DNA from: an archaeon
GTDB lineage: Archaea > Undinarchaeota > CAZHTU01 > JBDRCC01
NCBI GenBank assembly: GCA_043822065.1
Contig: JBDRCC010000016.1
Coordinates: 1-38,334 of the forward strand
DNA: 38,334 bases
Reading direction: 5' to 3'
The notes below the pieces were generated by a model, which made no database searches, was not told where the DNA came from, and was given only the letters and a program-made list of their open reading frames with translations. Positions 16,977 to 25,087 of this stretch are shown here, piece by piece; within the stretch, counting starts at the first letter, position 1, and every line of letters begins with the position of its first letter. Position numbers and translations under genes: made by a program.

Positions 16977-17939
16977 TTAGGCTATCTCCCCTGACTTTAC
17001 CATCTCTATCAGGCTCTTGTCCTCTTTAGGGTCAAGAAGGCGCAGGACTATCTCCTTCTCCCTCTGCGTAAGCTGCGTCTTGCGCATGCCGTTTACAAGG
17101 TTAAGCTTCGCAATGGTTGCTATATTCGTCAGAAGCAGCTGAATCCACTCCTCCCGCCTCTTTTCAGCCTCCACAAAAGTCGGGTAGATAGTAGCCTTCC
17201 AGTCAAGCCCATGTTCCATCATGCTGAACATTACATGCACCCCTAGACGCGCCCCATAAAGGAACGAGTGGGCTATCTCGCCGCCAAGTGTGTACGAACG
17301 CATCTCGTTGAAAAACATCCGCTCGGTTTTAACCCCTCCCTGGGTGCCAGTTGGAGTGTAGTACCTGCCAGCGTCCCTGAGAAAGTCGACGCAAGCCACT
17401 GGCAGGTCATTCTCTGGGAACTTTTTTTCTGGAAACGCATATAGGAACTTTTCAGGCTTCCTGCTTATGTTTAACGAGTACATGATTCCCCGCTCGTAGT
17501 CTGTCTTCCTCTGGTACTTCTTGTTTGCAGCCTTTATCTCGGACGAAACATTATAAATCTCCTCGTCCAACCTATCTACAATATCCACTTTTTCTTCCGT
17601 CCGCTCCTCCTCCGGAAGCCTGTAATTTATCTTTCTCCTATTCGTGTTTATGAAACCGGAGAGCGCCCCAAGTGCGTAAGCCCGGTGTATGAGTATCGGG
17701 CTTGTAATCTTTGAAAACCGCCGCCTCGTCTCTTCCAGGTTAGCTATGTCTATGCCGTACCTATCACGTACTACGCCGAGCCCAAGAGACGCAACCCCAC
17801 ATAGGTTTATCTGGTTTATCCCGCTCCGCTCCTCGTCTTCAAGCTCCTGAAGATGCTTAAGGAAATACGAGTCTGTCCTCATCAAATCAGCAAGGTCTTC
17901 CTTAACTTTCTTGAGAATCCATTTAGCTCTGTATGGCAT
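16977..17939 (-). CDS. Hypothetical soluble, helical protein (320 aa)
   Basis: Long ORF that fills the gap, with its own BRE/TATA upstream. No family recognised. Confidence 0.75.
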   Translation of the reverse strand: MPYRAKWILKKVKEDLADLMRTDSYFLKHLQELEDEERSGINQINLCGVASLGLGVVRDRYGIDIANLEETRRRFSKITSPILIHRAYALGALSGFINTNRRKINYRLPEEERTEEKVDIVDRLDEEIYNVSSEIKAANKKYQRKTDYERGIMYSLNISRKPEKFLYAFPEKKFPENDLPVACVDFLRDAGRYYTPTGTQGGVKTERMFFNEMRSYTLGGEIAHSFLYGARLGVHVMFSMMEHGLDWKATIYPTFVEAEKRREEWIQLLLTNIATIAKLNLVNGMRKTQLTQREKEIVLRLLDPKEDKSLIEMVKSGEIA

Positions 17940-17962
17940 AAAACACTTTTACCATCTTTAGG

Positions 17963-17997
17963 TTAAATACTTTTGTGCCCGCAGTTAAGGTTATAAA
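17963..17997. promoter_or_regulatory. Divergent archaeal promoters
   Basis: Minus strand CACAAAAG-TATTTAA (17977-17963) about 24 nt before ATG 17939; plus strand TTATAAA (17991-17997) about 25 nt before ATG 18023. Confidence 0.6.
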
Positions 17998-18022
17998 CAG
18001 CTGCCGCACTAATAGACTCCGT

Positions 18023-18604
18023 ATGCCCAAAAAGCCAAACGAGACTCTCCCCCCTGATGTCTATCCCCCATTTGAATACCAGCTTGTTACTTCTGACAAG
18101 TTCGCCGAGACAGTCATTGCGTATAAGAGAGCAATGAAGCGCTATTTCACTGCAGGGCCTGTCTGGAAATTCTTCGAATCAAACAAAGGTGCGGAGGGCG
18201 TTTACGCCATTTTCACCCTCGATGGGAAATACTTGGCTGGCATAGCCACTTTCCGCAAAATCAACCACCAAACGCCGACCATCGACGGAAAGCCGCTTAA
18301 GCTTGGCTTCCTTTCTCCAAGGGAATTCTCAGCTCATGAGGTTCTCTCGCTTAATGCTACGTCGAGCCCATCCTACAACACCGGCGACCTTATACCCGGC
18401 ATCCAGCGCGCAATGCTCCTGCTTGTCGAGCAGATGGCATTACGCGAAAAGTTAGACCTGATAATTGTCCGCCCAAGGCAGGACCAGGCTGACCTGATAC
18501 AAATACTCCGGGAAAAAAACTATTCTGCAACGCACAGCGACAGTTCTAGCACCTTTTACAAGCAACTGAAAAAAAGAAAGCGCTTTGGTTTTATTGGGCT
18601 TTAA
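18023..18604 (+). CDS. Hypothetical protein, probable divergent GNAT acetyltransferase fold
   Basis: DGKYLAGIATF resembles beta3; GIQRAMLLLVEQMALREKLDLIIV resembles the motif A helix plus beta5; LIQILREKNY resembles motif B. Start set at ATG 18023 by TATA spacing. Confidence 0.6.
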   Translation: MPKKPNETLPPDVYPPFEYQLVTSDKFAETVIAYKRAMKRYFTAGPVWKFFESNKGAEGVYAIFTLDGKYLAGIATFRKINHQTPTIDGKPLKLGFLSPREFSAHEVLSLNATSSPSYNTGDLIPGIQRAMLLLVEQMALREKLDLIIVRPRQDQADLIQILREKNYSATHSDSSSTFYKQLKKRKRFGFIGL

Positions 18605-19301
18605 TCCTGCTCTTTGGAGTGAATAGCACAGCAAGCATTATCTTTCCGTACTTTAGCCCCATCCTCCCCATCTTGAACGTCGCCTTGCCTGCCTTCCGCC
18701 TCTTGTAGCCGGTCGGGACCTCGTCAAGCCTGAAGCCTGCCTTCTTCGCCTTCAGCGCGAACTCCGGGGAGATGCCAAAGTCGTTCGAGTCTATTTTCAG
18801 GCTATCAAATGCAGACTTTCTGAACCCCCTGAATGCGTTTGTTATGTCGTGGACGTTAAGCTGGAAAAGGATTTTTGCAATCCTAGAAAAGCCGCTGCTT
18901 GCGAACATCTTGGTCGTCTCAAGGTCCCCCGGGTTCCCGCCGGGCATGTACCTGGAACCAAAGACAACGTCAGCCCCACACTCTATCTTTTTGACAAACT
19001 TTGGTATGGTATCCAAATCATCAGATAGGTCGCCCATGACCCAGACAACCGCCTCGCCAGAAGCCGCTTTCGTTCCCTCCTTGAGCGCAGCGCCCATGCC
19101 TGGGTTTGAAGTCCGGTGTATGCATCTTACCTGTTTGTCTCTTGCAAACTTGTCGCACAGCTTCGGCGTAGAATCCTTTGAGTTGTCGTCCACAAGCACT
19201 ATTTCATAATCAAGCTTCGAAAGCGCCCTCTTCAGCGCAGGGACGAGCTTTGGCAGGTTGCCCTCCTCGTTATGGGCAGGGACAACGGCAGAAACTTTCA
19301 T
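18591..19301 (-). CDS. Dolichol-phosphate sugar synthase-like GT2
   Basis: VPAHNEEGN, VDDNSKDST, MGDLSD, FGSRY, DITNAFRGF, RRKAGKATF. Confidence 0.9.
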   Translation of the reverse strand: MKVSAVVPAHNEEGNLPKLVPALKRALSKLDYEIVLVDDNSKDSTPKLCDKFARDKQVRCIHRTSNPGMGAALKEGTKAASGEAVVWVMGDLSDDLDTIPKFVKKIECGADVVFGSRYMPGGNPGDLETTKMFASSGFSRIAKILFQLNVHDITNAFRGFRKSAFDSLKIDSNDFGISPEFALKAKKAGFRLDEVPTGYKRRKAGKATFKMGRMGLKYGKIMLAVLFTPKSRIKAQ

Positions 19302-19322
19302 ATTACAAAGATTGCCCTAAAT

Positions 19323-19355
19323 TTGAAATAGCTTTCGAGCCGATAGTTTTTAATA
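19323..19355. promoter_or_regulatory. Divergent archaeal promoters
   Basis: Plus strand CGATAG-TTTTTAATA (19341-19355) about 22 nt before ATG 19377; minus strand CGAAAG-C-TATTTCAA about 22 nt before ATG 19301. Confidence 0.5.
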
Positions 19356-19376
19356 TTGTCCCACTTTCCTACTGCC

Positions 19377-21116
19377 ATGGCAGGCAGGAAGCAGCAGATA
19401 GAATTGAACCTTAACATACACAAGGAGCATGTCTTCCTTGGCCTTGTCATACTTGTTGCAGCTATGGGGTTTATCACTATCCACCTCCCATTTACCAATG
19501 GGCAGATAGACCGCAGCTATCCTGCAATTTCGATGGCCGTAGACAACGGCTACCACGTAGTTGTCTCAAAATACATCTATGACTCCGGCGATGTTAAATA
19601 CTGGCCTGCATTCGTGGCAGACAACCAGCAGTCAGTATCCCTTCAGCCGCCGGCTTACTATGTCTTTGTAGCCTCTTTTGCCAGATTTTCTGGCTTGTCT
19701 GTCTACGATTCAGCATTCCTGCTAACGAGCATAGGGGCAGTCTCTGTTTGCCTATCAGTCTACGCCCTTACAAGAAAATATTTTGGAGAGCGGCTTGCGT
19801 TGCTGGCTTTAGTGCTTGGGGCAATACCCATCTCAGTCTACTGGTACTTTCCAATACACATTGGATTCCAGCTGAATACCTACGCCTGGATTTTTGTCCC
19901 GGCAATACTCTTCCTGACAATATGCGTTTACGAGAGGCAGGAATGGTGGGCAGCGCCGTCAATTGCCCTGATGCTCTCTGCGCAGTTTCTCAGCCACTTG
20001 CCAGAGTTCTACCTCTCATTTGCTTTTTTTGCAGGAATGAGCCTCATAGCCATCCTACTAAAAAAGGAGCGGCTGAAAATCCTTAAGGTCATAGGGCTGG
20101 CTTTTTTGCTTCTGCTCCTACTCGTGGTTTACTATGCACCGCTGCAGGCGGCAGAGTATGGGTACGGCGGGTCAAATGTCCGCCTTGGCCAGGTCTGGCC
20201 GCCCTCCGACTATTTTCCAACTGCCAAGCTAGAACTTGTCTTCTGGCCTTTTGCCCTTCTTGGCGTGCTTTTCTTCGGCGACCAAATATACCGAAAAAAG
20301 CTTGACCTCCAGCGGACTACTGTGCTTCTTTTTATCCTCTATACTCTCACATTTAGCATGAGCTATCTAATCGGATTTAACGGCACTAGGACATACAAGC
20401 AGTTCTTCCTTGGCCACCCATTTTATGTCCTCCTGCCAGCTGCCGGGGTATACCTTATCTACTATCTAACCGTAAAAACAATCCTCCCTGTCAAGGAGAT
20501 AGACCACCACCACAGCAACCTCCTCTTTGCCCTCCTAATAATCGCCATTGCGGTTGCTAGCGCTTATTCAATATACCCTCCCTTGAAATCTATAGGAGAA
20601 AACCAGCTGATGAACCCAGAGCTGTGGGAGGGGATACAATGGGTCAATGAGAACACGCCGCAGGACAGCACCGTGCTGGCATTTGTCGGCTTCCGCCAAT
20701 TCACCGAGGAGTACCTATTGAGAAAGAAAATGTCCTCAAACCTTGACAAGGGCTATACGATTTATAACATCCAGCCCCTTTGCCAGGGCCAATTTATAGA
20801 AACGTACTTAGGCACCTGGAACCTTTACGCCCAGACGAAGAACGTGCGAAAAAGCTTTTTTAACATCGAGCGAACCCCGCTCCCTGCCGTCTCTGGCGGG
20901 CAGTCAAACGACCAGCGCCAGGCGGCACTGGCTGATTTTGATTACGTCATAACCGTCTATAACCAGACTGCGACTGACCCGGCAGTCAGCATAACAGGCG
21001 TCTCAATCGACCCGTGCATGCACTTCTACCTAAATGAAATGGTAAACCGCGGCCACTACTTAGTGTTCATGAACTCAAAAGTTGCCGTAATCGAGGTGAA
21101 CAAGGATGTCCTTTGA
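19377..21116 (+). CDS. GT-C-like multi-pass membrane protein with an STT3/AglB-like C-terminal domain
   Basis: AVDNGYH after TM1, QPPAYY, about 11-12 TMs, then EGIQWVNENTPQDSTVL and FDYVI. No WWDYG. Start moved to ATG 19377. Confidence 0.72.
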   Translation: MAGRKQQIELNLNIHKEHVFLGLVILVAAMGFITIHLPFTNGQIDRSYPAISMAVDNGYHVVVSKYIYDSGDVKYWPAFVADNQQSVSLQPPAYYVFVASFARFSGLSVYDSAFLLTSIGAVSVCLSVYALTRKYFGERLALLALVLGAIPISVYWYFPIHIGFQLNTYAWIFVPAILFLTICVYERQEWWAAPSIALMLSAQFLSHLPEFYLSFAFFAGMSLIAILLKKERLKILKVIGLAFLLLLLLVVYYAPLQAAEYGYGGSNVRLGQVWPPSDYFPTAKLELVFWPFALLGVLFFGDQIYRKKLDLQRTTVLLFILYTLTFSMSYLIGFNGTRTYKQFFLGHPFYVLLPAAGVYLIYYLTVKTILPVKEIDHHHSNLLFALLIIAIAVASAYSIYPPLKSIGENQLMNPELWEGIQWVNENTPQDSTVLAFVGFRQFTEEYLLRKKMSSNLDKGYTIYNIQPLCQGQFIETYLGTWNLYAQTKNVRKSFFNIERTPLPAVSGGQSNDQRQAALADFDYVITVYNQTATDPAVSITGVSIDPCMHFYLNEMVNRGHYLVFMNSKVAVIEVNKDVL

Positions 21117-21477
21117 AAAAGCAATCCAAAAGGAAAAGCCGCTTATCTACGTATTCGGAGTAATCCTGCTGCTGTTTCTGATAGACGCAGCATTTACCCC
21201 AACCTCAGTGGCGTCTGCCTTTAAGGCGTCGTTCGCAGTCTTTTTCTACCTAATCTTACCTGGGTACAAGCTATTATACCCATTAAAGCTGGACGACGTT
21301 GAGCGCGTCCTGCTGTCAATTCCAGTCAGCGCAGCTTCCGTGCCGGTTGTTTCGTACTACCTGGCATTGTTTGGGCTTAAGGTGTCATTTGCAAACTCGC
21401 TGGCAAGCATAATTCTGATAATCCTAGTGGCGGAGCTATTTATACACAAAAAGGAATTACTGCGGCTTCATCTTTGA
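21106..21477 (+). CDS. Small membrane protein (about 4 TM, DUF1616-like)
   Basis: ILPGY...LDDVERVLLSIPVS motif; GAGGTG RBS; overlaps the upstream stop region. Confidence 0.75.
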   Translation: MSFEKAIQKEKPLIYVFGVILLLFLIDAAFTPTSVASAFKASFAVFFYLILPGYKLLYPLKLDDVERVLLSIPVSAASVPVVSYYLALFGLKVSFANSLASIILIILVAELFIHKKELLRLHL

Positions 21478-22404
21478 AAGATAGAGGAAAGACAGCAAGC
21501 CGACAATGTAGTAAAACATCATCCCTATCCCCCTGCCTAGTAGTATGCCCGCCGCCGCAGAGCTCTTTGTTATCCCGTATACAACCATTATCGCTAAAAA
21601 TACGGCTTCGGTAGACCCCCATCCGCCGGGAAGGAAGCTCACGAGGCCGCACAGCACAGTAAACGCGGTTGCGCCGACAAAAAAAGCCCATCCGAGCCCA
21701 TGAATCCCCACTGCCAGGAAGCTAAAATAAAATATCGCCCCGTCTAAAACCCATATCGGTATGCTAATGAGAAATGCCGCAGTTAGTGTGCCCTTCCCTA
21801 CCCTAGCCGTCCTGTAGAAGCTCTTTACAAACTCTTCCGTCACGTAGTTCTTTATTACTGGGAGCCGTTCCACAAACGTCAGCATCTTGTAGCCAATTCT
21901 CTCAGAATACATCATAAGCATCACAAGTGCAACAATTGCTACGACAAAGAGGATAGCAACCCTTCCCAGAAATACAAATCCCGGCTCAAGCGTTCCAACA
22001 AAATAGGCCCCAAACGGCGCAGCAAAGGCTAAAAGAAGCATCAAGTCAAACACGCGCTCCCATATTATGGACGACAGACTAGTTGAGACTCGGATACCCT
22101 CTGATTTCTTCAGGAAAAGCGACTTAGCCGCCTCCCCGACCTTTGCAGGGGTAAGGTTGCTTATCGCAATCCCTGCCATGAAGACGGGGAATATCCTAAA
22201 AAACCTTATCCGCTTCACCGGGTCGAGCAGGACCTTCCATCTTAGCGTCCTGAGCAGTGCCGTAGCCGGCGGTATCATAAAAACCCACAGGAGGAATGCC
22301 GGGTCAGACGAAACAATCTGTGAATACACAGCAGCCGGGTCGCTAACGTAGACCACTGCCGCGAGCAGCACTACCGAAAGCACAATTAGCAGTTGCTTGT
22401 ACAT
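21457..22404 (-). CDS. Lysylphosphatidylglycerol synthase TM-domain protein (UPF0104, flippase-like)
   Basis: RTLRWKVLL, NLTPAKVGEAAK, ERVFD, LPGGWGSTE, LGRG. TGATG overlap and GAGGTG RBS. Confidence 0.9.
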   Translation of the reverse strand: MYKQLLIVLSVVLLAAVVYVSDPAAVYSQIVSSDPAFLLWVFMIPPATALLRTLRWKVLLDPVKRIRFFRIFPVFMAGIAISNLTPAKVGEAAKSLFLKKSEGIRVSTSLSSIIWERVFDLMLLLAFAAPFGAYFVGTLEPGFVFLGRVAILFVVAIVALVMLMMYSERIGYKMLTFVERLPVIKNYVTEEFVKSFYRTARVGKGTLTAAFLISIPIWVLDGAIFYFSFLAVGIHGLGWAFFVGATAFTVLCGLVSFLPGGWGSTEAVFLAIMVVYGITKSSAAAGILLGRGIGMMFYYIVGLLSFLYLSKMKPQ

Positions 22405-24020
22405 CAAAACACCTCAAGTACTGCGGTGACAAGCGAGTTGTCACCTTCACCATATTCGAACACGGCTACTGGCTTATAGTGGGGGGAATTGAAGAACTTA
22501 TCTAGCCCGCCGCTCTGGGCGTAATATTGCAGCTCGTATATGTTTATCACCAGATACTGCGCGCCGTTCTCCTTCAGAAGAGCATAAGCCTCAGCTTCAT
22601 CCGTCGACATGTATATCGTATTAACCTCTGCAGTCAACCGTTCAAGCTCAGAATACGGGCTGGAATGCCCCATCTCATTAGCGACGACGCCCCGTCCCGT
22701 GAGGGCGTTTATCATAAACGCAGTAAGCGGGTTCGCAGCTATTATCGCATCCTTTGGAGTGTTCTCGCTTATCCAGTCTGCAGTATCCTTGAAAATGGGC
22801 GGCACAGGCTCCGCAGCGGACCATTCGTCCTTAAACGCATTCTCCTTGTACTTCATCGGGCCCAGGGGCGCAAGCAGGAGCATGAAAAGAAGGACAACAA
22901 AGACCACCTTATCTTGGGATATGATTTTCCTTTCAACTAGCGCGTCAGCAACCAGCTTTACCCCAACCGCAGCTGCGATTGAGAGGCCTACGCCCAAGAC
23001 AAAATAAAATTTGTGCGGCTGGAAGAGTATCCCAAGCAGCGGATACGTAACATAAAAATGGAATATCCCTGCGTATGCCGACAGCAGGAACGCGAGGCCG
23101 ATTATGTCCTGCGGCCTGCGGCTCTTGTACATGCTATACGCGCCGAGCAAGCCTAAAACAAAGAAAGCGCCCTGCCCAAATGTCGAGCCCCAGAGGTCTT
23201 TTGTAAAAACCGGCGGCGAGCCCCCTTCAAAGCCAAGTGTGGACTCGATAGACCGCGTGGGAACGAGGTGGTACTTTGCAATAAGCGGCCCCCAAAACAG
23301 CATGGAGATAATGAATCCGATTGCAAGGACAAGCCCAATTTGCTTCAGGCGCTCTATTGGTATCCTCAAGGCGGGCTTCCTAGAAAACGAGGCGAACGCC
23401 ACGAGAAGGAACGACAGCACAAACATCATCAGCCATGCTGCAACATAAGTATGTACATGGGTCAGCCCCAGGAGCCCTAGGCTTATGCCTGCGCATATGC
23501 CGTCTCTCTGCCGTTTGCCTGTGCTGTACTTATACATGAAATAAAGCACCCACGGAAGTATTACATAGGACAGGTTAACCGGGACGGGCACAAGCGAGTC
23601 TGTTCCCGGGCTTGTGAAAAAGAGTGCAAAAAATGCAGTCAGCACGCCTGCGAACTCGCCAAACAGCGCCTTTCCAAGCCGGTAATATGAATACAGAAAC
23701 GCAATTGTCAGGAAAAGCGGGAGCCATACAAGTATCCTAAAAAAATCAAAGCCGGTTATGATGTGTATAAACACCACCATGTAATGCCATAGCCAGGGGT
23801 ACCAGGCATATGTGTTCCTGTACGCGGAGTCATAAAAGGGGGAATTGCCATTATTGAGATAGTTGACTATCCCAAGCGCCTGGTATACGTCGCCACCTAT
23901 CAGCGGCCCGTTCGGCCGCTCAAACATAGAAAAAGAGGAAAACAAAACCACTGCGACAACCGCGCAGATTGCAATGAAAAGTGCCTCCTCTGCCCCGAAT
24001 TTGAGCTTAAACTTGACCAT
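22404..24020 (-). CDS. GT-C-like membrane glycosyltransferase with an STT3/AglB-like C-terminal domain
   Basis: GGDVY after TM1, WYPWLWH, GLTH, about 12 TMs, then WISENTPKDAII...LTGR..VAN and EAEAYALLKENGAQYLVI. Start moved to ATG 24020 because the longer ORF overlaps the divergent GT4. Confidence 0.78.
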   Translation of the reverse strand: MVKFKLKFGAEEALFIAICAVVAVVLFSSFSMFERPNGPLIGGDVYQALGIVNYLNNGNSPFYDSAYRNTYAWYPWLWHYMVVFIHIITGFDFFRILVWLPLFLTIAFLYSYYRLGKALFGEFAGVLTAFFALFFTSPGTDSLVPVPVNLSYVILPWVLYFMYKYSTGKRQRDGICAGISLGLLGLTHVHTYVAAWLMMFVLSFLLVAFASFSRKPALRIPIERLKQIGLVLAIGFIISMLFWGPLIAKYHLVPTRSIESTLGFEGGSPPVFTKDLWGSTFGQGAFFVLGLLGAYSMYKSRRPQDIIGLAFLLSAYAGIFHFYVTYPLLGILFQPHKFYFVLGVGLSIAAAVGVKLVADALVERKIISQDKVVFVVLLFMLLLAPLGPMKYKENAFKDEWSAAEPVPPIFKDTADWISENTPKDAIIAANPLTAFMINALTGRGVVANEMGHSSPYSELERLTAEVNTIYMSTDEAEAYALLKENGAQYLVINIYELQYYAQSGGLDKFFNSPHYKPVAVFEYGEGDNSLVTAVLEVF

Positions 24021-24054
24021 ATCTTTATCAATATCCGACCTATATAAAAAACCT
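24021..24054. promoter_or_regulatory. 34-bp divergent promoter region
   Basis: Minus strand TTTTTATATA (24050-24041) about 21-23 nt before ATG 24020; weaker plus strand TTTATCAA (24024-24031) about 24 nt before ATG 24055. Confidence 0.5.
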
Positions 24055-25068
24055 ATGAGGATTCTGGAGCTGATAACTGAAAAGCCACCTGTGAAAAGCG
24101 GCTTTGCCACCACTGCGCGCGTCCTTAAGGATGGGCTTGAGGCAAGGGGGCACACCGTCGATGTCCTTTCATTGGCCGACACAAAATTCTGGAAGCTCTA
24201 TGCATTCCGCCCGAACCTGATGTTCCTAAAGTGCCTGAAGCCATGGAAATACGACGTCATAAATGTCCATGGCAACTCGCCTTTCTTCAGCGAGCTTCTT
24301 GTTCTAAAGCTGGCGCCGTTCAGAAACAAGCTGGTCTATACGTTCCACTGCGATGCGAATTCAAAGTACTCTGCAATAAACAAGCTCTATAACTCGCTCC
24401 ACCGGCTTCTCCTGAAAATACCTGTCAAAGTAATTACCACCACTCCTGACTACAAAGCGTACTCAGGCGTCCCCTCGAAATCCGTTGCCATCCCCTTTGG
24501 GGTAGATAAAATTTCACTAAAGAAGAAGCCAGCCGGCTTTAACGTCCTCTTCGTAGGCCAGATGCGGCTCTACAAGGGGGTAGACGTTCTACTAAGGGCG
24601 TGGAAGGAAATCCAGGGAGATGGCCACCTTCATCTCGTGGGCGATGGAATAGACAAGGCGACTTGGATGGGACTAGCAAAGGAGCTTAATCTAAAGAATT
24701 TAACTTGGCATGGAAAAGTTGATGACAAGAAGCTAAGCGAGCTATACAACAAGTCGCATGTTATCGTGCTGCCGTCAGTCAACACCGGCGAGGCCTTTGG
24801 CATAGTGCTCCTTGAGGGCATGTCTCATGGATGCTTCCCAGTTTCATCCGACCTTATAGGGCTAAGGTATGTCGCAAGCCATTTCAGCTCAACATTCCCC
24901 GCCGGCAGTCACATAGGGCTCGCCAGGCTTCTTACAAAGATACGAAAGGAAAAGCAGTGGGCAACAAAAAGGGGCAACATCGGGGAGTTTCTGAAAGAGC
25001 ATACGTGGGCGAAATTCATCGACCGGTACGAAGCCGTTTACGCCTCCGTGGCAAAAAGTATAAAATAG
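24055..25068 (+). CDS. Glycosyltransferase family 4
   Basis: YTFHCD, FVGQMRLYKGVD, LPSVNTGEAFGIVLLEGM (Ex7E). Start moved to ATG 24055. Confidence 0.9.
   Translation: MRILELITEKPPVKSGFATTARVLKDGLEARGHTVDVLSLADTKFWKLYAFRPNLMFLKCLKPWKYDVINVHGNSPFFSELLVLKLAPFRNKLVYTFHCDANSKYSAINKLYNSLHRLLLKIPVKVITTTPDYKAYSGVPSKSVAIPFGVDKISLKKKPAGFNVLFVGQMRLYKGVDVLLRAWKEIQGDGHLHLVGDGIDKATWMGLAKELNLKNLTWHGKVDDKKLSELYNKSHVIVLPSVNTGEAFGIVLLEGMSHGCFPVSSDLIGLRYVASHFSSTFPAGSHIGLARLLTKIRKEKQWATKRGNIGEFLKEHTWAKFIDRYEAVYASVAKSIK
25052..25066 (+). promoter_or_regulatory. Possible internal BRE/TATA for the 25088 gene
   Basis: CAAAAAG-TATAAAAT about 22 nt before ATG 25088, overlapping the GT4 3' end. Confidence 0.5.
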
Positions 25069-25087
25069 CTGCATTTTTAGTGGAGAT

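Noticed and set aside
19377-24020. Calling either membrane protein aglB (oligosaccharyltransferase)
   Set aside because: Neither has the WWDYG motif, and both are shorter than a typical AglB.
23863-24182. ORF-track N-terminal extensions implying a 320-bp head-to-head gene overlap
   Set aside because: Family-like sequence begins at MVKFKL (24020) and MRILEL (24055), and a TATA-rich spacer lies between them.
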